NCBI GenBank assembly: GCA_035516415.1
Contig: DATJAI010000061.1
Span: 4,146 to 68,145, forward strand
Source: Candidatus Binatia bacterium
Lineage (GTDB): Bacteria; Acidobacteriota; Terriglobia; Terriglobales; Acidobacteriaceae
Length of the DNA: 64,000 nucleotides
Reading direction: 5' to 3'
The notes below the pieces were generated by a model, which was given only the letters and a program-made list of their open reading frames with translations, was not told where the DNA came from and did no database searches. Both the position numbers and the translations under genes were made by a program. Each line of letters opens with the position of its first letter. The first letter of the stretch is position 1. Positions 1 through 7,413 of the stretch are shown here, in pieces.

Positions 1-1006
1 GCCGCGTCCCATGCATGATGACGAGACGGTGGCGCAGCTGGTGGAGCGTCACTTTGGCCCGGAGGTCGTCGATCGGCTGGCGGACCCGCTGCTGTCCGGC
101 GTCTATGGCGGCGACGCCCGCAGGCTGAGCGCGCGCGCCGTGCTGCCGCGTTTTGTCGAGATGGAGGAGAAATACGGCAGCCTCAGCCGCGCCATGGTGG
201 CGGCGCATAACAGAATGGCCGAGCTTGCCCGCAGGCAGCCGCCGCGTCCACTGTTCACGTCGCTAAAAAATGGCATGCAGCAGATGGTGGACGCCATCGT
301 CGGCCGGATTGATCCGCAAACGGTCCGCCTGCGCCGCCACGTGCGGCGCATCTATCCCGAAAATGGCGGCTGGCGCGTATCCATCGAGATGGGCGGCGAA
401 GAATACTACGATGCCATCATCCTTGCCACTCCCGCCAACATTGCCGGCGCGCTGCTGGACGCGGTTGATGGCGCGCTTTCGCGCGATCTCCTTGGAATCA
501 CGTACAGTTCGTCGGTGACGGTCACACTCGGCTATTACCGGGAGCAGCTTGCGAAACTGCCTGCCGGCTTCGGTTTTCTGGTGCCGCGCAGCGAAGGGAC
601 GCGCATGCTGGCCTGCACTTTCGTGCACAACAAATTTCCCCATCGGGCGCCGGAGGGCAAGGGCATCCTGCGCTGCTTCCTCGGCGGCGCGCGCGACGAG
701 GCGGTGCTGGGGCTGAGCGATGAGGAGATGCTGGAAACCGTTTATCGCGAACTTCGCAACATCGTGAAGCTGGAAGCGCGACCGTTCTTCGCGCGCATTT
801 ACCGCTGGCGCGAATCCATGGCGCAGTACGAACCGGGTCACATTGCCCGGGTGGTGCAAATTGAGAGGCGGGTGGCGGAAATCCCCGGCCTGGCGCTCGC
901 CGGTAACGCCTATCACGGCATCGGCGTCCCCGACTGCATCCGTTCCGGAATGGAAGCGGCGAATGCCGTGGCACAGTTCACGCCTGAATCGCAGCCCGCG
1001 CGCTGA
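1..1006 (+). CDS. hemY: Protoporphyrinogen/coproporphyrinogen III oxidase, HemY/CgoX family (C-terminal ~330 aa; 5' end outside window)
   Basis: Frame of ORF 11..1006 stays open back to nt 2. Motifs ADPLLSGVYGGDARRLS, GFGFLVPRSEG and LAGNAYHGIGVPDCIRSG are typical of FAD-dependent HemY oxidases. Confidence 0.85.
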   Translation, partial: PRPMHDDETVAQLVERHFGPEVVDRLADPLLSGVYGGDARRLSARAVLPRFVEMEEKYGSLSRAMVAAHNRMAELARRQPPRPLFTSLKNGMQQMVDAIVGRIDPQTVRLRRHVRRIYPENGGWRVSIEMGGEEYYDAIILATPANIAGALLDAVDGALSRDLLGITYSSSVTVTLGYYREQLAKLPAGFGFLVPRSEGTRMLACTFVHNKFPHRAPEGKGILRCFLGGARDEAVLGLSDEEMLETVYRELRNIVKLEARPFFARIYRWRESMAQYEPGHIARVVQIERRVAEIPGLALAGNAYHGIGVPDCIRSGMEAANAVAQFTPESQPAR

Positions 1007-1064
1007 TCGCCCCGCCATTGCCGGCTCGGGAAATCCCATGCGCATTGCGGCGGCGGGCAGCTCA

Positions 1065-1601
1065 TCAGTACTCAATACCGCGCTGTGCCTCTACGCCCTT
1101 CTCATAGGCGTGCTTCACCTGCCTCATTTCGGTGACCGTATCGGCTATGGCAATGATGTCGGGATGGGCATTGCGGCCGGTAAGGATGACGTGCACCATC
1201 TCGGGCTTCTTTCTGAGAGTGTCAACGACCTTCTGCGGCTCGAGCATTTTGTAGCTGATGGCATAGTTGATCTCGTCGAGGATGACGAGGTCCCACTGTC
1301 CTGAAAGGATCGCACTTTCCGCCTCGTTCCATGCTTCTTCTACCAGGCGAATGTCCTCGGGATCGGTTTCGGCGCCCCCGACCTTTACGAAACCGCGGCC
1401 CATCTGTTTCATGACGAAGTTGTCGCCGAAGGCCTTCACCGCGTCGAGCTCGCCATAATGCCAGGAGCCTTTGAGGAACTGCAGCATCAGCACACGCATG
1501 CCATTGCCGACGGCACGCAGCGCCGTGCCCATGGCAGCCGTAGTCTTGCCCTTACCCGGGCCGGTATTGACGATGATCAGTCCCCGGCGTACATCCGCCA
1601 T
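1065..1601 (-). CDS. cobO: Cob(I)yrinic acid a,c-diamide / cob(I)alamin adenosyltransferase (CobO/BtuR type)
   Basis: P-loop GPGKGKTTAAMG, then QFLKG..YGE and ILDEINYA. Start placed at MADVRRGLIIV (ATG 1601, GGAGG 6 nt upstream) rather than ORF-track start 1667. Confidence 0.85.
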   Translation of the reverse strand: MADVRRGLIIVNTGPGKGKTTAAMGTALRAVGNGMRVLMLQFLKGSWHYGELDAVKAFGDNFVMKQMGRGFVKVGGAETDPEDIRLVEEAWNEAESAILSGQWDLVILDEINYAISYKMLEPQKVVDTLRKKPEMVHVILTGRNAHPDIIAIADTVTEMRQVKHAYEKGVEAQRGIEY

Positions 1602-1766
1602 AGGGAGCCTCCGGGAGCGCGCATTCTGGACGGTGCCAGGACCTGCGCCCACGCGCCCAGGCAACATCGTAAAGGATTTCCGCGGCAGCGTGCTGCGCCC
1701 GGTCCTGATTCGGAAGGCCGGATGGGACGCCGGGCAGTGGCAGCGCTGAACTTCGGAAGGTGCCTT

Positions 1767-1772
1767 TACAAT
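1767..1772 (+). promoter_or_regulatory. Candidate -10 hexamer TACAAT, 8 nt upstream of the ribH ATG (near-leaderless transcript predicted)
   Basis: TACAAT read directly at 1767..1772 and ATG at 1781. No SD-like purine run lies between them. No convincing -35. Confidence 0.35.
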
Positions 1773-1780
1773 GAACTCCT

Positions 1781-2641
1781 ATGATCCGGTCGATTATTTT
1801 TCCCCGGGTGTTGGGCAAGTCCCTGGACGACCTGCAGCCCGCGCTGGAGCTGTTTCGCGCGCTCGGGTTCGCGCCGGGCAATGAGTGGCATGAAGGCGGC
1901 AGCCACGGCCTTGAGATGCTCGCACCCAGCGGCGGAATCGAATTCATTGCAGCGGGCGACCAGCCTGGAGTCGATGCAATGGTGGAGGTCTCCGACGCCG
2001 ATGCAGCCTGGACCACCGTGCGGAAAATGGGGGTGCGGATACGGCGCGAAATCGGCGACACTCCGTATGGGGCGCGGCTGTTTGAAATCGAAATCAGCGG
2101 CCTGCGCCTGGGATTTCTGACCTACGCGAAAAAGCCGGGCGAGAATCGCGGCCTGGAAGGCAGGCTGGACGCTCGCGGAAAGCATTTTGCTCTGCTGGTC
2201 AGCCGCTTCAATTCGTTCATCACTGAACGCCTGCTGGAAGGCGCGCTACAGGCCCTGCGGCAATGCGGGGCCCGGGAGGAAGATGTGACCGTCGTCCATG
2301 TGCCGGGCGCCTTTGAGATTGCCTCCGCCGCAAGGCAGCTCGCCGAGACCGGGCGGTATGACGCAATCGTGTGCATCGGATGCCTGTTGCGCGGCGACAC
2401 CCTGCACTACGAAGTCATCGCCAACGAGGTGACACGCGGCATCGGCCAGTCCGCCCAGCAGACCGGAGTCCCGCACGCCTTCGCGGTCCTGACCTGCGAC
2501 ACGCTGCAACAGGCGATTGATCGCGCGGGTCTGAAGTCCGGCAACAAGGGGTTCGAAGCGGGTCTGGCCGCGGTGGAGATGGCGTCGTTGCGGCAGGCGG
2601 TTGCGGGCCGCGGTGCGGCTACCGCGGACGGCACGCCATGA
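1781..2641 (+). CDS. ribH: 6,7-dimethyl-8-ribityllumazine synthase with an N-terminal ~130-aa VOC/glyoxalase-like extension
   Basis: C-terminal ~150 aa carry RibH motifs (FALLVSRFNSFITERLLEGA, VPGAFEI, YDAIVCIGCLLRGDTLHYE, NKGFEAGLAAVEM). The N-terminal part reads VOC-like. The stop overlaps the nusB start (ATGA). Confidence 0.8.
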   Translation: MIRSIIFPRVLGKSLDDLQPALELFRALGFAPGNEWHEGGSHGLEMLAPSGGIEFIAAGDQPGVDAMVEVSDADAAWTTVRKMGVRIRREIGDTPYGARLFEIEISGLRLGFLTYAKKPGENRGLEGRLDARGKHFALLVSRFNSFITERLLEGALQALRQCGAREEDVTVVHVPGAFEIASAARQLAETGRYDAIVCIGCLLRGDTLHYEVIANEVTRGIGQSAQQTGVPHAFAVLTCDTLQQAIDRAGLKSGNKGFEAGLAAVEMASLRQAVAGRGAATADGTP

Positions 2642-3066
2642 GCAAGCCCGGGACCCGGCGCAAATCGCGCGAGCTGGCGCTGCAGATGCTGTTTCAGCTC
2701 GACATGGGACGGCAGGACCTGGAGCAGGTGCGGCAAACCTTCTGGAGCGAGCGTACGGACCTGGACGAGAAGGTCCGCGGGTTTACCGACGAGCTGTTTC
2801 GGGTGGCCTGCGAGCGGCGGGAAGAGATCGACCAGCTCATCGAGCGTAATGCCGAGCACTGGCGCATGGACCGCATGGCGGCCGTCGACCGCAACCTGCT
2901 GCGCGCCGGCGTCGCCGAGTTTCTTGGATTCCCCAAGACGCCGCGACCGGTCGTCATCAACGAAGCGCTGGAGATCGCACGCCGCTACTCTACGCCGGAA
3001 TCGGTGCAGTTCATCAACGGAGTGCTCGACAGCGTGGCCCGGGAGCTGGCAGGAAAGAGCAAATAG
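2638..3066 (+). CDS. nusB: Transcription antitermination factor NusB
   Basis: RRKSRELALQMLFQ..., RMAAVDRNLLRAGVAEF, INEALEIARRYS. Confidence 0.9.
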   Translation: MSKPGTRRKSRELALQMLFQLDMGRQDLEQVRQTFWSERTDLDEKVRGFTDELFRVACERREEIDQLIERNAEHWRMDRMAAVDRNLLRAGVAEFLGFPKTPRPVVINEALEIARRYSTPESVQFINGVLDSVARELAGKSK

Positions 3067-3092
3067 CCCCAGATCCGACGATCTGCTAGCAT
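3064..3092 (+). promoter_or_regulatory. Candidate sigma70-type promoter for vapBC: TAGCCC (-35-like) N17 TAGCAT (-10, preceded by TGc)
   Basis: -10 at 3087..3092 lies 7 nt before ATG 3100. The -35-like hexamer overlaps the nusB stop. The same architecture recurs at 28334..28362. Confidence 0.3.
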
Positions 3093-3099
3093 GTAAGAC

Positions 3100-3345
3100 A
3101 TGAGAGATAGAAGTGCTACATTTACTTCCAAGGGCCAACTTGTGGTTCCGGCGGAGCTCCGGCGCAAGTACGGCATCAGGCCCGGGACGAAGGTGCGATT
3201 TCTCGAAGATCAGTTCGGACGCATTGTGCTCCAGCCGCTGACAGAGGAGTACATTGACCGGGTTATGGGTTGTCTTGCCGGAGATCGCGACCTGGTTGGG
3301 TCGTGGGAACGGGGGCACCGTGAAGAGGGCAGGCGCAAGGGGTGA
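3100..3345 (+). CDS. vapB: AbrB/SpoVT-family antitoxin (VapB-like)
   Basis: 81 aa with KGQLVVPAELRRKYGIRPGTKV swapped-hairpin motif. Its stop overlaps the vapC start (GTGA). Confidence 0.75.
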   Translation: MRDRSATFTSKGQLVVPAELRRKYGIRPGTKVRFLEDQFGRIVLQPLTEEYIDRVMGCLAGDRDLVGSWERGHREEGRRKG

Positions 3346-3746
3346 AAACCTACGTCTTCGATGCGAGCGCAGTCCTGGCGTTCCTTGAGCAAAAGCCCTC
3401 GGCGCGCAAAGTGAACGAGTTGCTGAAGGACGCAATGAGGCGTCGGTCGAGGATTCTGATGTCGGCCGTGAATTACGGCGAGGTTTACAGTTATGCCCTG
3501 CGTGAATACGGGGCCGAGCGGGCGCGCACGGCCATACGCGCAGTTTTCCCCCTGCCAATCAGCGTCGTAGACGCCACCCCGGAAAGGGCGTTAGCGGCCG
3601 CAGAGGTGAAAGCCAGGTACAAGCTTTACTACGCCGACAGCTTTGCCGCTGCCCTCTGTTTCGAAGAGAAAGGAACGCTGGTAACGAGCGATTCGGATTT
3701 CCGGCGGCTCGGACATGGCTTTCCTGCTATCTGGCTGAAATCCTGA
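3342..3746 (+). CDS. vapC: PIN-domain ribonuclease toxin VapC
   Basis: 134 aa. N-terminal YVFDASAVLAFL and C-terminal YADSFAAAL..LVTSDSDF acidic PIN residues. Confidence 0.85.
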   Translation: MKTYVFDASAVLAFLEQKPSARKVNELLKDAMRRRSRILMSAVNYGEVYSYALREYGAERARTAIRAVFPLPISVVDATPERALAAAEVKARYKLYYADSFAAALCFEEKGTLVTSDSDFRRLGHGFPAIWLKS

Positions 3747-3865
3747 CCGGAGCAGCCAATGCCAGACGTCGGCCGTCGGTTTCAGGTGGCCGCTGAAAAA
3801 TTGTAAGAAAGAAATTCCTCGTATCCTCCAGGCCGCTCGGGCTGCCCATAATAAAGGGCTTGGAC

Positions 3866-3883
3866 GCTGGCCTGAAGGCCAGC
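3866..3883. terminator. Hairpin GCTGGCC-tgaa-GGCCAGC between convergent vapC and the MscS gene; possible bidirectional terminator or diverged copy of the two-hairpin repeat family
   Basis: 7-bp perfect stem with TGAA loop read directly. No flanking T-run. Confidence 0.35.
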
Positions 3884-3923
3884 TCTACCCGAGCCGCCTT
3901 GAATCGTAACTTTCAGCAACCTC

Positions 3924-5762
3924 CTAACTGGCCACCGTCCCCTCCGCCCCCGCCTTGGCCACCGTCCTGGCATGCAGCAGCTCGACAATTGCCTGGTATA
4001 ACCGCGTTCGCACTTCGTGCCGGTCGTGCGCGTGCACGATGTAGCGCACCACCAGATTGACTCCGAGATTGGTGGGGCGCACCTCAATCGCCGGTGTGGC
4101 GGAGAACCTCTGCACGGCGGAGGTGTGCGTGACGCGCTGCCACTCCTGTTCGGCCAGAGCGGCCTCCGACTCGGTCTGTTCGGTTACCAGCTTCAGCACG
4201 GAATTGGTGAGCTCGTAAGGGTCTTCCCCGGCGGGGATGAGGATGTCGAGTTGGTCCCACAGCCATTGGCCGGTGGTGGTGAAGTTGAAGTAGTGTCCTT
4301 CCACCGCGAAGCTGTTCACGAAGGAGACCCTGCGTCCCGTCGGGTGTCCGGCATCGTTCCAGTTGCCGGTCTCCAGCAGGATGGTGCGCAGCAGGCCAAT
4401 ATCCAGCACTTCGCCGCCAATGCCATTGATTTCCACCCAGTCGCCGACCCGGATGCCGTTGCGCCCCATCAGGATGAACCATCCGAAGAATGCGACGATA
4501 AAATCCTTCAGCGCGACGGTGAGACCGGCGCCGGCGAGCGCCAACACGGTCGAGAGCTGGCTGGGGCGGCCGAACACCACCAGCAGAATGATGAGAACAC
4601 CGATCAGCTCGGCTACGAAGCGCAGGGCCAGTCGCATTGCCCCCATCCGCCGCCGGTCGGGCCCAAGGCGGAAGTAGAAATGCTCGATGCTGCCTTCCAC
4701 AATCACCAGCCCCAGCAGCGCCAGCACAACCCAAAGGATAGAGCGCAGAATGGCGTGCAGCACCAGACGGCGCTGAGCGTCGACGATGCCCATCCAATCG
4801 CCGTAAATAGCGGCCAGCTGCTTCTCCAGGTCAATACGCTTGTCGTATGCGGTCAGGGTCTTGGTGTTCTGCGACAGCGTATTCAGTTTCGCCAGCCTGG
4901 CGGCGTGCTGGCCCGCATCAGCCGGCCCGGACTCGGGAGAGGAGTTGTTGTCGGAGACGCTGTCCCCGAGGGCGAAATTGTCTCCCATCCCTCTTTCCAG
5001 CGCCTGGTGTTTTTTGGTCAGCAGGCTGACGGCATCGCCGGCCTGCTGCCTGGCCTGCAGCAGGCGGCGCCGGTTCTCGCGCAGGGCAAGCCAGACGCGG
5101 AACTGCGAAACCAGATTTCCTTCGGCTTCGAAAACCTGGGGCTTGCCGGGTAAGCCGGCTGAGGCGCCGGCGGAGCCGTGCTGCTGAAGAGATTCGTGCT
5201 GTTCCAGTTCCTGCTGGATCGATGCCTCGGGATCGCCGCCGGCGCGGACCAGCTCCTGCTTCGCATCGTCCAGCGCGTCCTGCAACAGCCCGACCTGGGC
5301 CTTTGTGATTTCCACGCGCTGCTGGATCGCGGCCGGATCTTTTTTCCCGGGCTTCTGCGAAAGCTGCGTCAGACTCGCGACCTCGGTCTGCATCGACTGG
5401 AGCCTGGCCTGCAGCTTCCTGATCCGGTTGTTGATTTCGACCGTCTCTTTGGTCTGGGGCGGCGGGGTTTCTTTCGCTCTGCGCAGCGCCGAGGCGAAGG
5501 CGAGATCGACCTCGCGATCGGCTACATGGACGGCCTGTGTCGCCAGCTCCTGTTCGTCGGCGGTGTTGGCGATCGGCTGCAGGCTGATGGCGGTACGGAA
5601 TGGCGCCTGGTCCACAATTGTGGTTTCAGCCCGGGACTTTGTGGCCACACTTCGGCGCAGAACTCCCGAACCGGTATCCAACGTCATTACAAAGCCGAGC
5701 AGCAGCGCGAGAGCGAGCGCGCAAAGCGCGAAGATGAGGAACTTTCGTTTGCCCCAATGCAT
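3924..5762 (-). CDS. Mechanosensitive ion channel family protein (MscS/MscK-like) with long N-terminal coiled-coil region
   Basis: C-terminal core ...FFGWFILMGRNGIRVGDWVEINGIGGEVLDIGLLRTILLETGNW... Start placed at MHWGKRKFLIFALCAL (ATG 5762), downstream of ORF-track start 5954. Confidence 0.85.
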   Translation of the reverse strand: MHWGKRKFLIFALCALALALLLGFVMTLDTGSGVLRRSVATKSRAETTIVDQAPFRTAISLQPIANTADEQELATQAVHVADREVDLAFASALRRAKETPPPQTKETVEINNRIRKLQARLQSMQTEVASLTQLSQKPGKKDPAAIQQRVEITKAQVGLLQDALDDAKQELVRAGGDPEASIQQELEQHESLQQHGSAGASAGLPGKPQVFEAEGNLVSQFRVWLALRENRRRLLQARQQAGDAVSLLTKKHQALERGMGDNFALGDSVSDNNSSPESGPADAGQHAARLAKLNTLSQNTKTLTAYDKRIDLEKQLAAIYGDWMGIVDAQRRLVLHAILRSILWVVLALLGLVIVEGSIEHFYFRLGPDRRRMGAMRLALRFVAELIGVLIILLVVFGRPSQLSTVLALAGAGLTVALKDFIVAFFGWFILMGRNGIRVGDWVEINGIGGEVLDIGLLRTILLETGNWNDAGHPTGRRVSFVNSFAVEGHYFNFTTTGQWLWDQLDILIPAGEDPYELTNSVLKLVTEQTESEAALAEQEWQRVTHTSAVQRFSATPAIEVRPTNLGVNLVVRYIVHAHDRHEVRTRLYQAIVELLHARTVAKAGAEGTVAS

Positions 5763-5981
5763 GCGAGCACCCTGAGCCGGATTCACGTAACTATAGCTGG
5801 TGGACGAACGGCTGGCAGCAGGATATACCAAACGCAAGGAGGGGGGCGGAACACGATTTCGCAGGCCGCGCAATGCCAGGGCCCGCAGCTTCCCCCGCCG
5901 CTGCGCCTCAGGCAAAGAAGAGGGCGGATTGGCGCCGCTGAGCGCCGGGGGCAACGTGCCCGTCCCTGCAAGAACGCCGGA

Positions 5982-6341
5982 TCACGCGGATAGAGCCTGT
6001 CTGTTGCCGGTGGGTGGCTGAGGCCTGTGGCCAAAACCGGAATCGGCGATGTGCAGGACGGACTCGAGCCTGGTCAGCTCCATAAGCCGGCTCACGCGCG
6101 GAGCAGGATTGGTGACAATCAGCTTCCTGGCATGCGCCCGGGCCCAGCAATGAAGCTCGACAAGCAGTCCCAGACCGGCGGCGTCCATGGTATGCACCTG
6201 GCGAAGGTCCAGCACAAGCCGGGCTTCCGGTCGCGACTGGGCCATGCATCGTAAAGTTTCGGCTTCCACGCCCAGCACAACCCTTCCCGAGCAGCGCAGG
6301 GTCGCGGCATATCGTGAACTCTCTATGTCAACCCTTAGCAT
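5982..6341 (-). CDS. STAS-domain protein (anti-sigma-factor antagonist family)
   Basis: 119 aa with ...LVLDLRQVHTMDAAGLGLLVEL...KLIVTNPAPRVSRLMELTRLESV. Confidence 0.7.
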   Translation of the reverse strand: MLRVDIESSRYAATLRCSGRVVLGVEAETLRCMAQSRPEARLVLDLRQVHTMDAAGLGLLVELHCWARAHARKLIVTNPAPRVSRLMELTRLESVLHIADSGFGHRPQPPTGNRQALSA

Positions 6342-6669
6342 GATGTTTCACCAGGTCCTTTCTCATTGGATTACGTGGCGCCCCGCCGGATTGTTTCATC
6401 GAGGCAATATGTGTGAATATGCCGGAAAAGAATTGCGAGAAGATGAAAATCCGCTACCAGCCGCAGAAACGGGCTTCCGGTGGGTGCCCGGTTCAGCCCC
6501 TGTGGGATAACTTTGGCGGGAGAACCAGGCACGGGGAATTATTCACGCAATCCGTGCGCGCTGATCATCTGACCCTGCCGGCTGATCCGGCACGGCAATG
6601 CGAACCGGATCACAGCCGGAGCGGGACAATCCGACACACCTCAGCTTGCGGGGCACGGCTCGCCCGGGT

Positions 6670-7356
6670 TTACTGCTGGCCTGCTCCCTTCGCCTCCGAG
6701 CTCTTGTGCGCTCCTGAGGCCGCATGTCCTGGTTCGGTGATCTTGATGCGGATGATCTTCACCGGCTCGTTCGGACGGTCCCTGGCGTCGCGCGGCATGC
6801 GGGCAATTTTCTTCACGATGTCAATGTCCTGACACTGTCCGAAAATGGTGTGATGGTTGTTCAGGTGCGGCGTGGGAACTTCGGTAATGAAGAACTGCGA
6901 GCCGTTGGTATTGGGTCCGCTGTTGGCCATGGCGAGCCTGCCAGGCTGGTCGAAGGTGAGGTCCGGACTGAACTCGTCCTTGAAGCTGTATCCCGGATCG
7001 CCGGAGCCGGTGCCGAGCGGGTCGCCACCCTGAATCATGAAGTCGGGGATGACGCGATGAAGGATGGTGCCGTTATAAAGGGGCACGCCCTTCATCATCT
7101 TGCCGGTCCGGGGATCCTTCCACTCCTTGGTCCCAGTGGCCAGGCCAATGAAGTTCGCTACCGTCACGGGGGCCTTGTCCGGAAACAGGGTGCAGTGAAT
7201 ATCGCCGGCGGTGGTTTCAAAGACCGCGGTTGGCTCCGCCACCTTCTGGGCGGTCTTTTCGGTGGCCGCGTGCTGCTGGGAAGTGGTGCTGGTGGTTTGC
7301 GCCGACAGAGTGGCGATAAGACTGAGGCAAAGAAGTGTGCTCAACAGGTTACGCAT
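6670..7356 (-). CDS. Secreted cyclophilin-type peptidyl-prolyl cis-trans isomerase
   Basis: Signal peptide MRNLLSTLLCLSLIATLSAQ. FHRVIPDFMIQGGDP, GRLAMANSGPNTNGSQFFI. GGGAGGA lies upstream of ATG 7356. Confidence 0.9.
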   Translation of the reverse strand: MRNLLSTLLCLSLIATLSAQTTSTTSQQHAATEKTAQKVAEPTAVFETTAGDIHCTLFPDKAPVTVANFIGLATGTKEWKDPRTGKMMKGVPLYNGTILHRVIPDFMIQGGDPLGTGSGDPGYSFKDEFSPDLTFDQPGRLAMANSGPNTNGSQFFITEVPTPHLNNHHTIFGQCQDIDIVKKIARMPRDARDRPNEPVKIIRIKITEPGHAASGAHKSSEAKGAGQQ

Positions 7357-7413
7357 AATTCCTCCCGGGTTCCTATGGTAATTGCGCGACCGCTTGTGGG
7401 CCACAGGCACCCT

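Noticed and set aside
1602-1780. Possible cobalamin riboswitch (minus strand, upstream of cobO) or FMN riboswitch (plus strand, upstream of ribH), suggested by fragments such as gctgccactg, aatcaggacc and ccggatggga.
   Set aside because: Only short fragments resemble the B12 box or the RFN 3' segment. The conserved cores (GGGAA..GGTG..., GGGTGAAATTCCC..ACCGGCGGT) are absent, and the region is too short for either element. An Rfam cmscan would settle it.
4017-5153. Long antisense ORFs opposite real genes. Examples: 4017..5153 (+), 9996..11135 (+), 11006..12058 (+), 18578..19780 (+), 36343..37371 (+), 43463..44710 (-), 45015..46049 (-), 47008..48273 (-), 55930..56964 (-), 59836..60648 (+).
   Set aside because: Their translations are Arg/Gly/His/Leu/Val-rich with no recognisable motifs, while the opposite strand carries clear family signatures. 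This is typical of shadow ORFs in GC-rich DNA.
5763-5954. N-terminal extensions of many ORF-track entries (for example MscS 5954, OPT 18066, VWA 37539, peptidase 44814, egtB 25935, egtD 27118, hfq 52557, beta-propeller 40335).
   Set aside because: The extensions are Arg/Pro-rich, precede obvious signal peptides or conserved N-termini, or overlap the upstream gene. Internal Met or GTG starts were chosen instead.
6413-6832. 139-aa plus-strand ORF in the gap between the STAS and cyclophilin genes.
   Set aside because: It overlaps the 3' end of the cyclophilin gene in antisense and has Cys/Arg/Pro-rich low-complexity translation with no start context.
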